NCBI RefSeq assembly: GCF_001194135.2
Contig: NC_068989.1
Location: 88,834,683 to 88,898,682, forward strand
From: Octopus bimaculoides
Taxonomy: Eukaryota
Length of the DNA stretch: 64,000 nt
Direction: 5' to 3'
Part shown: positions 52,391 to 63,751 of the stretch, one piece after another
How the letters are laid out: every line of letters starts with the position of its first letter
Position numbering within the stretch: position 1 is the stretch's first letter
Made by a program: the position numbers and the translations under genes
The notes under the pieces: model-generated
Database searches by the model: none
What the model was told of the DNA's origin: nothing
What the model saw: only the letters and a program-made list of their open reading frames with translations

Positions 52391-53787
52391 TACAAAAGTT
52401 GTATGCTTTGATATCAAGATAGAAAGGTGACAAAACAAGATTGAAAGCGGGGAGAAATGATATATTGGCAAAACAAAATCAAGACCCAAAATAACGAAAG
52501 CTGTGGATTCCAGCAAAAAAATTAGGAAAAATCCAGTGAAGTTTTGTTTTGTTGTGATCAGGTGAAGTTTTAAAGCACCCCTCCCTCCAAAAAATCAGAG
52601 GATATAGTTTTCATACTGTCATTTATATTTACTTGTTTTAATCAGTGAATTTAGCGGGGATTTTTGAAAAACAAGGGGGAATTCACAGCGGTGTTCAGTG
52701 AACAAATTAAACATACTATCGGGCAGTGGCTAAAATGCGAACTAATCAACAATGGCTAAAAATTTTCTGAAGTAGCACCCCCACTAATTTTATCTACGAG
52801 CCGCCACTGCTTATGTCTCTCTTTACTTAAAGGTTCTTCACTTTTATGATCTTCATTTAGCCCAAAGGCCCAACAGAGCTACAAAGGAAGTCCACCCGAA
52901 AGGCATTTTCTTGGCTAGTATGCATGTGTGTGTGTGCGTATATATATATGTGTAGATGTTACCACATGTATGAGCACGCGTAATATAGAATTTTAAAAAA
53001 CACTCCGTTGGGAACGAATTGCAAGGAAGGTAACTTTGAATAATAAATAAGGTTGAGTTATTCCCCTTGTAAAAATCAGTAAAAATTTGGATGTAAAAAA
53101 ACAAAATGTGGTTTATTTTGGGAGGATTATGTACGAAAAAAATTGATTGAGCTTCTGTAGTGCACAACTTGCAGATATCGTGAAAAATATCCAATCATTT
53201 TAATTTTCTTATGAGATATCAACAATGTTATCCAATGATGTTACGACCCGATTACAAGTTAAATAAGTCAATAGCCAGAAGGCGAAGGTTTAAGAAATCT
53301 GTAGCATTTTTATGAATCTGGAAAAAAGTTAGAACCAGAAAAAGATCTCTAGAAATGATGTTGTGAAATAAATAAAGTACAGAGTAACATTTAAGGAGAT
53401 CAACTTTAAAAAGGCTGCGAAGTCTGTACTTGTTAATATAAATATGGCAGCGGTAAGTTATTTCAGGGGAGGTAATTTTAGAATACTTTTACTGAACACA
53501 TTATGGAATGTAACACAAAAGCAAAAGTTCACTAAAATAAATAAATGTTTCTTTATTGGCCACAAGAGTCGCACACGAAACAAAAGGACGATACAACACA
53601 AAGGGCAATGGTGGTGGAGGATACATAAAACGAGTAAACAATAAAACAGCATGGCAGATCAAGTTGCGGCCTTATGTGCCTCGTGACACAGACAGGACTA
53701 ACATCTTAATTTCGACCCCTACGGAGGTCAGCTTTACCTTTCATCCTTCCAGGGTAGATAAATACAGTACCAATCTACACACACACG

Positions 53788-53846
<59 letters not shown>

Positions 53847-53884
53847 ACTCTCTCTCTAATTCGAGATTTTGCGAACGGTCTAAA

Positions 53885-55470
53885 ATCAATAATAATACCG
53901 CCATATCCCTCCACTTGTTGGCCATACAGAAGAATTTTCAGAATGCAGTCATTTTTCATTCAAGCAACATGTCCTACCCACCTGCACTGATTTTGGTGTT
54001 GGATAATCTTATCTTGCCATTTCATGTTGCATATTTTGCACAAACAACACATGTGAAAGGTTTCGAGTTTCTTTGTATGTCTGTAGTAAGGAGTTCATGC
54101 TTCTACCCCATACAAAAGTGTGCTCAAAATACAAGATTTGTATACACTTATTTTAGTTTTCAGACTGACATCGTGTTCATCCCACAAACAATGAGAAAGT
54201 TTTCCAAAAGCACTGAAGCCTTAAATATTCTAATATAAATTTCGTCATCAAGAGTACTCTTAAAGTTTACTATACTTCGAATATATTTAAATGACCTGAC
54301 CCATTGGATTTGCTTGCTGTCTATCATCACGTTTGAGTCTTGAGTATGTCCCGCCCCAGGCCTTGGTTGGAATAAAACTTCAGTCTTCTTGACGCTGATA
54401 GTCAAGTCCTTTCCTGAATTTTCTCAAATGTTTGAGAAACCAGAGCGCAATCATCAGTAAACAGAAATTCATACAGGATTTCTTCCTTGGTTTGTTTTCT
54501 TTGATCTGAAACTTTGTCCTTTCAGGTTTAATAGATCTTCGAAACTGGAATTTAACACCTTCATGACAATCACTGAAAGCACGTTGGAGCATCATTGAAA
54601 AGAATATGAGAAAAAGTACAGGGGCTAAATCACAGCCCTGTTTGGTTCCAGTGGCAACAGAAAATGCCTCAGAACATTGACTGTTAGATATCACAGTTGC
54701 CATCGTTCCTTTATGCAGGGATACTATTACTCTCTTTTTCTCTTTTACTTGTTTCAGTCATTTGACTGTTGCCATGCTGGAGCACCACCTTTTAGTCGAG
54801 CTAATCGACCCCAGGACTTATTCTTTGTAAGCCTAGTACCTATTCGATCGGTCTCTTTAGCCGAACCGTTAAGTTACGGGGACGTAAACACACCAGCATC
54901 TGTTGTCAAGCGATGTTGGGGGGACAAACACACACACAAACATATACACGCACACANNNNNNNNNNNNNNNNNNNNNNNNNNNNNNNNNNNNNNNNNNNN
55001 NNNNNNNNNNNNNNNNNNNNNNNNNNNNNNNNNNNNNNNNNNNNNNNNNNNNNNNNNNNNNNNNNNNNNNNNNTATATATACATATATACGACGGGCTTC
55101 TTTCAGTTTCAGTCTACCAAATCTACTCACAAGGCTTTGGTCGGCCCGAGGCTATAGTAGAAGACACTTGCCCAAGGTGCCACGCAGTGAGACTGAACCC
55201 GGAACCATGTGGTTCGTAAGTAAGCTACTTACCACACAGCCACTCCTACGCCTATACCTTTATCATTTTGTCAGGAAGTCCAGCTTTTGACAAGATTTTC
55301 CAGAACGCTTCACAATTCACTATATCAAAAGCCTTGGTCAAGCCAACAAAATCCATGTACAAGTCAAGTATTTTGTACACATGTTTTTTTCTTGAACTTA
55401 CTACACGGCAAAAATCATGTGGACAGAGCTGCTCCCAGCCCGAAATCTACATTGGGATTCAGAATCAACT
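53885..55470 (-). mobile_element. Second RTE family (BovB-like) RT fragment, interrupted by a SINE A
   Basis: ESQCRFRAG..kafd..ALWKILSK, GTKQGCDLAPVLF, EFLFTDDCAL, ISVKKTEVLFQP, FKYIRS..LDDEIYIRIFKAS, LLYG, RWVGHVA. Confidence 0.85.
54725..55253 (-). mobile_element. SINE family A, young copy inside the RTE fragment
   Basis: Full body. atac on both sides (54721-54724 / 55254-55257); removing the insert rejoins the RTE sequence. Confidence 0.92.
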
Positions 55471-55619
55471 CTAAAGGGGAAAATCTAGAACTGATTAGAG
55501 TTGATTAGATCGACTGGTATCTATTTTACAGTTCTCAAAAGGGTGAAAAGTAAACCCAAGCTTGTTGGTGCTTGAATTCAGAAAATAAAGAGACTATTAT
55601 TTCGTCTACCACTCTACCG

Positions 55620-55955
55620 ATTTTACCAAACCATTGCCCTTTAATAATAATTATGGAAGTGGCGTAGCTTGAGTGTGTGCCAGCCTTGAGTTTGCTGTCT
55701 CCACAGCTTAAACAGGCTTATACAGCCGATATAAAGGGGCTGCATCCATAAAAGCGACGCCCAGGGCGGATCCTCTACTCACCCTCTACTAGCTGTGCTA
55801 CTAAACACAAGGTTACAAATTGAAGGATGAAAAGGAATCGATCAGATCGCTCCTAATCCGTGGATAAAGCATTGTATTCGCAAACGTCCAGTTTAACCGA
55901 TACGACAAGGCACAGCCTCGAAACTTTTTATAAAACTAATTTCAACAACAATAAC
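55620..55955. promoter_or_regulatory. CpG-rich, apparently non-repetitive island; possible promoter or non-coding first exon (minus)
   Basis: Many CpGs, gggcgg and tataaag motifs; minus-strand GG|GTGAGT donor at 55782; all frames closed. Confidence 0.3.
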
Positions 55956-56247
55956 CTGAACCACATAAACAAACCAATTTTTATTTTCTTTTGATGAGAT
56001 TATTTAATCTATATCGTGTCAGTTTTCATTAGTCCTACCCGTTTGTGTATTTTGCCTTTGAAAATAGTTACACTTTGATGATAATTTTTATTACCATTGC
56101 ATAAAAACTCCAACACCTCTCCCACTGTTTATAGTTATCATAAGAGAATCTCTGTTTGTATTAACCAGACATGACTTCGGAAGAAACTGTAAATGATTCC
56201 ACAATCAATAGATTGATTGGAGTCTACTTCATCAGTAAATAATTAAT

Positions 56248-56255
56248 TCCGTCCG

Positions 56256-56286
<31 letters not shown>

Positions 56287-56355
56287 GTCCGTCCGTCCGT
56301 CCATCCGTCCGTCTATCCGTCCGTCCATCCATCTATCCGTCCGTCCGTCCATCTA
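56248..56355. repeat. (TCCG/TCCA)n tetranucleotide repeat
   Basis: Directly visible. Confidence 0.95.
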
Positions 56356-56364
56356 CGTAATTGT

Positions 56365-56620
56365 TCAACAATGGCGAAATATGACTTCTCTCAAAAAATG
56401 AACGGTAACGAACAGATTTGCTCCTTTTACAATGCTTGCAGTGCCATAATTTTCCATCAGCAGCATCACCACATGTAGTAAGGCCACATGGTGAATTACA
56501 ATTTTTCACAGGTGTACATATTCATAATTAGTCGACGCCGTGCCAACCACTGAAGAATGTTGTCTCCAGCTTTTCCTAATTCAATGATAGGCCACGATTC
56601 TTCTAAGATTGATTTGTTTT
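56365..56620 (-). mobile_element. Merlin (IS1595/ISXO2-related) transposase N-terminal relic
   Basis: ILQWLARRRLIMNMYTCE(fs)[36 protein letters not shown]: a CxxC..DG..W.CxxC..S.R..SFF zinc-ribbon signature with one frameshift. No TIR found. Confidence 0.6.
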
Positions 56621-56709
56621 TTGCTTATTTTACTACTTATTTCCCTCTTAATTTCTACTTACTTTTTTAATCTAACCAAACTCAGCAATTACCATCTGTC
56701 TATCTTCGT

Positions 56710-56820
56710 AGATAGATAGACAGACAGACTGACAGATAGATATATAGATAGATAGATAGCTAGCTAGATAGATAGATAGATAGATAGATAGAGATGGAGA
56801 GAGAGAGAGAGATACATACA

Positions 56821-56856
<36 letters not shown>

Positions 56857-56929
56857 TATATATGTGTGTGTGTCTATATGTATGTATGTAGGCAGGTATG
56901 CATTTGCATATATACTCATAACACCTCCA

Positions 56930-56973
<44 letters not shown>

Positions 56974-57436
56974 TGTGTGTGTGTGAACATGCATACATAC
57001 GTACACAAAACATAGGCACACACACATACACCCACACATATACACATCAGTGAGCATTGTACATATGTATGTGCGTGCGTGTGTGTAATAGCGNNNNNNN
57101 NNNNNNNNNNNNNNNNNNNNNNNNNNNNNNNNNNNNNNNNNNNNNNNNNNNNNNNNNNNNNNNNNNNNNNNNNNNNNNNNNNNNNNNNNNNNNNNNNNNN
57201 NNNNNNGGGGGGAGGGAGACCCAGAGAAAGAGACAGACAAAGAGAGAAAGAGGGGAGATAGAGATTTACGCAAGTAATATTCCTATCGTGATTAGTAAGA
57301 ATGAATAATAAGTAGGAATTATCTGTTACTGAATTCAGCTAAACATTGGAAAATGCACATACATATCACGCATGCAATACATACATGTACATACATACAT
57401 ACATACATACATACATACATACATACATACATACAT
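56710..57436. repeat. Compound microsatellite block (GATA, GACA, CATA, TA, TG) with gap
   Basis: Directly visible. Confidence 0.95.
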
Positions 57437-58357
57437 ACACACTGGTGTGTAGGAGAAAGATAGAAAAGCATGTGTTGAGAAAAGAAATAGGAATTCACCT
57501 GTTTTCTCTCCCACGGATCTCAGCATAATTGTTATTCAAATGTGAACAGTTTCTGTCAGTCAACAATATGAACCAACGTGAAAAAGGCCAAACAATGGAC
57601 AGGTGACGCAAAAGACGACACGAAAATGAAGAATGCAGAAGATAGGTAAATGGAAGGTGCAGACGATCAATGAATGCAAACTCAAACTTCAAATAAGCAG
57701 AGAAATGAACGAGTTTATATACCTTCTAACTGATACATCGCAATTATGAACATTGTTGAACCATCGAATAATGCACGTTGGGATTTGCTTGTACCATTTC
57801 CCTTGCAATAACAACTCCCATTTTCTTTTAAACGTTGGTGTTGCTTAACCCAGATCATGCTTGATCGTGCAGATCTACGATCAAAGGTGTTTCCAGCAGT
57901 TCACATGCTAGAGCTTTTTATGACCGAAATTTACTGCCCCCAAAAGCTAGGACGACTTATATAACAAAACAACTCTGGAAGATCAAAAATTTCATGTGAA
58001 ATGCAATGGGATTTGCAAAGTTCATGTTTACACATATACATGTTTACACTGTATAGAACGTCGACTTTTACTCCTGGTGGAAGTCTACAAACAATATATT
58101 TGTAAGGGTATCGCAATTCAACTTGCCCGGGGCGTCAGAAAACCTAGAACCGGTCATGGTAAGGAATATCTGCCAATTCCTTCATACAATACTCCACCGC
58201 CCTAAAAAAAAAAATATTTAAGGTTTCATTGGATAATGAAGTCTTTGAAGCATTACATTTTTAAAAAAGACAAGACGGTCGTGGCTAGCATGCCTTTCCT
58301 CATAAATTTGCTCAATTAGGATTAAACAATGACATGGACAAATACAGATATATCCTT

Positions 58358-58492
58358 TTCTACTCTAGACACAAGGCCCGAAATTTTGGAGGAGGTGGGG
58401 CTAGTCGATTAGATCGATCTCAGTACGCAACTGGTACTTAATTTATCGACTCCGAAGGATGACGGGCAAAGTCGACCTCGGCGGAATTTGAA
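58358..58492 (-). mobile_element. SINE family B 3' part
   Basis: ttttctactctag..gaaatttt..cagtacgcaactggtacttaatttatcga..aaagtcgacctcggcggaatttgaac. Confidence 0.85.
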
Positions 58493-59642
58493 CAAATACA
58501 GATACATAGCACATCTTAAATACAGATATACCATACAACTTAAGTTCTTGATTTATTAGGATTATTTCCACCTCCAGAGAATGTCATAATTATCAAATAA
58601 CAATTAGACCAGCCCCCACCCCCACCTTGGGAGGGGGAGATAATCTCAATATTAAAAAATTCTCCAAAGATGACATATCATAAGGGAAAGGACGGGTTTA
58701 TTATCTGGAGATGGAAGGACAATCAGTAACAGGTGTTCCTGGCTCTATAACTGTCATCAGCACGACAACTGTCCGGTCTTATCTCCAGTAGCCAAGGGAC
58801 TTAGACGTAAGTACAACACATTTATGGCCAAAGGTAGTTTTTATAATTTAAACCGAAATGAGTTAAGAGAAATACTTCAGGTCAGCTAGTGGTGTGTATG
58901 GCTAAAATACGCAATGTGGTCCACCGTTGGGTGAAATTACGGTTGAAAGATGTATGACACAAGAGTTGGGTTTTTCATATAGAGAGCTTTATGTACTTTG
59001 ACGTTAGCGCAAAACAATGACAGACAGACAGACAGACAAAGAAACAGGCAGTCAGGCCGACAGACAGACAGATAGACGGGCGGACGGACGGATGGATGGA
59101 TGAAAAAATAAAAAAAATTTGCGCAAAAGTAAGCTGTGAACGCAATGAGAAAGAACGAGGGGAAAAAAGAAGTAAGAGAAAAATAGAGTAAGGGCAGGAG
59201 GGTTGAAAAAAAAGGAAAGAAAAAAAGTAAGAGATAAAAAGGTGTGAAGCAAATTCAGATATCAAAAAGGAAGGAAAGAGAGAAGGTAGAAAGAAAAAAA
59301 AGAAAAAGGAAAATAAGGAAGAAGGATAAAAAGAATTAATCTAAAAGAGAAAGAGGAGAAAATCAGACGTTATGATAGAACAATGGCAATGAAATTCAGA
59401 CGACCAAATCCTGTCACGTGACATCGTTAGAACGCCTCTTTTAAGACAACGATATTTGATTTCTCCATCTTTCCTTATCTGTCTTTGTCTCTTCTCATCC
59501 CTCCACTTTTGGCCATTTAGTCTTTACTTTCTGTTTCTCTTTTGCTTTCTCTTTCTTCTGTCCATCTTTTTTCTTTTCTTTTTTTTAGTTTCTTTCTCCA
59601 TCCCTTTATACCTTTACATGTTTCTTTCTTTCCCTCCCTGCT

Positions 59643-59644
<2 letters not shown>

Positions 59645-59718
<74 letters not shown>

Positions 59719-59730
59719 TTATCTATCTAT
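59645..59730. repeat. (TCTA)n microsatellite
   Basis: Directly visible. Confidence 0.95.
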
Positions 59731-60750
59731 CTTCCATTTCTTCTATCTTTTCTATTCTTGTCGTCTCTCGCCTTGATGGCAAGTCAGCGTTTATCATCAT
59801 AGCTTTGCGATGAAGTTGCCGAGATAATTTGGTCACTACTGCTCAGCCCAAGTGACGACATTCAACAGGTTTGCTCGTGTGAGAACAAAACCCTCACAAC
59901 ATACAAACACCCAAAGAAAAAGAATTAGAAAGAAAGGAATTAGAAACGCAACGAGAGGAAAGAAAAGGAACGGTAAGACAGCCAAACCGATTCCGCAGAC
60001 AATGCTCACCAAAATAGCTCAACCCCAAATCTGGACTGTACGATCGGATCAGGTCAAATGAACGCTTGTTTCTTTTTATATTTCCCTCTGTTCATGATTT
60101 GCTGTTACCACACCCTTCTGCCTCTCTCCCGCCTTTCTTTTCCCTCTCTTTCTCTCTCTTTCCGCCCCCTCTCTCTCTCCCCTCTTATGACATTGTTTCA
60201 TATTTTATAAGTTCTGATATTTCTTTAAAAGAATAGATTTGACTACGTGGTTTTATATTTACTAAAGGACGCACTCATACANNNNNNNNNNNNNNNNNNN
60301 NNNNNNNNNNNNNNNNNNNNNNNNNNNNNNNNNNNNNNNNNNNNNNNNNNNNNNNNNNNNNNNNNNNNNNNNNNNNNNNNNNNNNNNNNNNNNNNNNNNN
60401 NNNNNNNNNNNNNNNNNNNNNNNNNNNNNNNNNNNNNNNNNNNNNNNNNNNNNNNNNNNNNNNNNNNNNNNNNNNNNNNNNNNNNNNNNNNNNNNNNNNN
60501 NNNNNNNNNNNNNNNNNNNNNNNNNNNNNNNNNNNNNNNNNNNNNNNNNNNNNNNNNNNNNNNNNNNNNNNNNNNNNNNNNNNNNNNNNNNNNNNNNNNN
60601 NNNNNNNNNNNNNNNNNNNNNNNNNNNNNNNNNNNNNNNNNNNNNNNNNNNNNNNNNNNNNNNNNNNNNNNNNNNNNNNNNNNNNNNNNNNNNNNNNNNN
60701 NNNNNNNNNNNNNNNNNNNNNNNNNNNNNNNNNNNNNNNNNNNNNNNNNN

Positions 60751-61000
60751 TATGTATGCATGCATCTATGTGTGTATGTAGGCGTGTATGTATGTACAGA
60801 CGCACGCACGTATGTATGTATGCATGTATGTATGTATATATGTATGTATATAGGTATGTATGTATGTATGAACTGCGCGAGTGTAGAGTCAACTGCCGGT
60901 CTTCAGTCCCCGAAGACCAACAGTGTACATACGTACATACATACATACATACATACATACATACATACATACATACAAATATGCATGCATGCATACATAA

Positions 61001-61032
<32 letters not shown>
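60751..61032. repeat. Compound (TATG)n/(CATA)n/(GAT)n microsatellite next to a large gap
   Basis: Directly visible. Confidence 0.95.
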
Positions 61033-61033
<1 letters not shown>

Positions 61034-61129
61034 GCAGTTCTTCATGTCCGCAGATGATGAGGAAGAGTGACCGGCCCTTAAGTGTCTATGTAAACCGATC
61101 CTTAAGCACTAGGCTCTGGCCACACTTAC

Positions 61130-61230
61130 GGTGGACATATAGGGCTGAGTCAAATGATGGTCGTGACGATGAGTCTTTCCTTCTTTGGTGTTTCTCCTCC
61201 ACCGCAGCTGCTTTGAACCTTTCAAAATTC
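61130..61230 (-). CDS. Candidate orphan coding exon (101 nt) of an unidentified minus-strand gene
   Basis: ttcctaccatgCAG acceptor and CC|GTAAGT donor; two open frames (NFERFKAAAVEEKHQRRKDSSSRPSFDSALYVH or ILKGSKQLRWRRNTKEGKTHRHDHHLTQPYMST). No partner exon found. Confidence 0.4.
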
Positions 61231-61279
61231 CTGCATGGTAGGAATACATGCACGCAGGCGCCCCCGCCTCACATATATA

Positions 61280-62085
61280 TGAGGTGGTATCAAAAAGTTC
61301 CACGTCTAGTTAATTTTAATAAAAAATAACTTATTTACCTAAGTTTTAACATGATATCCTTTGAAATAGTCCCCTTGCGCAGTAATACACCTGTCTCAAC
61401 GTTCTTGTCACTTTTGGAATCCGACCTGGAAGTCGTTTTCCGTAGACAAGTTGAAGACCTTCTGCGATTCATTCGGGATTTCGACAACGGTGTTGAAAGG
61501 TGACCCTTGAGCTACATTTTGATCTTGGGAAAGAGATGGAAGTCTGCAGGTGCTAAATTTGGTGAATAGGGCGGGTACAGAAACAATGCCATGTTGTTTT
61601 GGGTGAGAAACTCATGAGTGAGGAGCGCTCGGTGACAGGGTGCTCTGTCGTCGTAAAGAATCCAATTCTTCGCGTTGCACAGATTCGGTCGCTTTCGCCA
61701 AATGTTTTCCCTCGAGCGCTTCGAAACATCGCAGTAGAACTCTCGATTGACCGTCTGGCCCTGGGGACGAATTCTCGATGCATTTACGGGGTTGACGCTC
61801 GTGGCAGGTCTTCCAGATTGCTCATCGCATTCCAGAGACGTTCTTCCGCTTTTTGAAACGCTCGTGTCACTTGGAACATTGTATACGACCCATTGCCTCG
61901 TCGCCGTAAGCTTGCCGTAGTATGTTCAATGTCTCTGTAGCAGACTTCCCAAGTTTAACACGCGCGAGCACACACACACACACACACATCTTCCACATCA
62001 TCTGTGATGCTGAGATCTCTATTAAACGGAGAATTGAAACCAGAGGCACATGGTCAGTTCAAACGTTATTTGAGAGCCAGATCAT
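61280..62085 (-). mobile_element. Internally deleted mariner transposon
   Basis: TA-tgaggtggtatcaaaaagttcc terminus; RVKLGKSATETLNILRQAYGDEAMG joined at about 61784 to HREFVP.., with degenerate HDNA and YSPDLAP regions. Other TIR not seen. Confidence 0.85.
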
Positions 62086-62730
62086 ATTATAACATAAATA
62101 ATATATAAATATATGCATATCTCCATACATATATGTACATACCTACATCTATATGTATACATACATGCATATATGGGTACAGGACATCACAAAAAACGTT
62201 AAACACAATGAGAAACGAAAACATAAAGATGAAGACAGAAAACGAACTTCTTTTCGAACAACGAAAAAAACCCCAGAAAAACGAGACATGCAACATAAAG
62301 AATATTTCCCTTCCTCAGTTGTCCCTGTTCCATCTACTCCGCGTAACACCTAATGAATAACTGCTGTAGGCTGATTAATACGAATAATAAAAGGAGACAC
62401 GAATGCATTGTATATAAATTCAACTGTTAAAATAATATCATCTTCAGAGTATGGAGGGAATCCCGGAATAGGTTTTCTGTATGTACAGCTGTTCCATGTA
62501 ACCCAAGGATAGCTGCACTTACCTACTTGGTGGGAAACTCTTTTAATATCAGCAGAAAGTTATGCATGGGTAAGCATCCCATGAAATAGAGGATACTCAC
62601 AGTATTGACTGGGAAAATATTCTCTCCTTGATATCTCCGATATCACATTCTCCCTAGGATACGCCTTAGCTATTCAAGCACAGGAGATAATACAAAATAC
62701 TTGATCAATAAAGATGCCTACAAACTTCCA

Positions 62731-63012
62731 GTGAAGGCGCGTGGTCTTGTGGTAAAGATGTTGTCCTCACGATAGAAAGATCGCGGTCTCGATTCCCCGA
62801 CCGGGTGGTGCATTGATTTTTTTTTGTGTGTAAAATTCTTCATTTCATACTGCTTTAATTCACTCAACTGTAAATGAGTAACCCTGCGACGTATTGGCAT
62901 CTCATTCATGGGGTATGTTGTGGTCTCGCTCATTTAGGCCATGGAAACCGGTTAACCGGCCCTATGAGTCCTCGGACACGAGACAGTAATATCCAGAGGC
63001 TGACATGACATT
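62731..63012 (+). mobile_element. SINE with family D-type head
   Basis: gtgaaggcgcgtggtc..ctcgattcccc; 12-bp TSD tacaaacttcca (62719-62730 / 63013-63024). Confidence 0.85.
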
Positions 63013-63026
63013 TACAAACTTCCACA

Positions 63027-63239
63027 TTCTTTTCTACTCTAGGCCCAAGGCCCGAAATTTTGGGGAAGGGGGCCAGTCGATCAGATCGACCCAGTACGCA
63101 ACTGGTACTTAATTTATCGTCGCCGAAAGGATGAAAGGCAAAGTCGACCGCGGCGGAATTTGAACTCAGAACACGAAAACAGACGAAATACCGCTAAGAA
63201 TTTCTCCCGGCGTGCTAACGTTTCTGCCAGCTCGCCGCC
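63027..63239 (-). mobile_element. SINE family B, young full-length copy
   Basis: 15-bp TSD ttacaaacttccaca (63012-63026 / 63240-63254). Confidence 0.92.
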
Positions 63240-63531
63240 TTACAAACTTCCACAGTGTAGCAGACATGCTGGGTGTACCATACCATTGAGAAAGATGTCA
63301 CCCACATCATCAGTAGCTGTCCCAAAATGTCCGCGAGGTACTACCTTGCCATGAGATATGACATTGTTGCAAAAACTATTTACGATGCTATCCTACAAAA
63401 CTTGTCCAGACATCATATCAAAACCAGAATATATTCACGCATTTAAAAATAAAGAATACTGGTGGAATGTTTCAATAAGAACAGCAATACGGGGCAAACA
63501 CAGCCAACCTAATATTCTTCCATGGGACAGT

Positions 63532-63751
63532 GGCGGCGAGCTGGCGGAATCGTTAGCACGCCGGGCGAAATGCTCAGCGGTATTTCGTCTGCCGCTACGT
63601 TCTGAGTTCAAATTCAGCCGAGGTCGACTTTGCCTTTCATCCTTTCGGGGTCGATTAAGTCAGTACTAGTTACGCACTGGGGTCGATATAATCGACTTAA
63701 TCCCTTTGTCTGTCCGTGTTTGTCCCCTTGTGGGCAATAAAGAAATAAGAA
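63532..63751 (+). mobile_element. SINE family B, young copy with alternative tail
   Basis: ggcggcgagctggcggaatcgttagc..gggcaataaagaaataagaa. Confidence 0.92.

Larger units (their letters stand above)
62440..63530 (+). mobile_element. R2/R4(Dong)-like non-LTR retrotransposon C-terminal fragment (CCHC plus restriction-like endonuclease), split by two SINEs
   Basis: KVMHG, AIQAQEI..KYL, then after removing the SINEs C..RHAGC..DVTHIISSCP, RYDIVAK, YWWNVSI..KHSQPNILPWD. Confidence 0.7.

Noticed and set aside
59868-59972. Plus-strand AG...G|GTAAGA exon candidate with a basic peptide
   Set aside because: Low-complexity purine-rich sequence with no linked exons; a similar lone donor at 58809 was also left uncalled.
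60247-61329. 360-aa and other long ORFs over gaps and microsatellites (also 2866-3345, 50212-50637, 54677-55219, 56672-57273)
   Set aside because: Artefacts of N-runs and low-complexity repeats.
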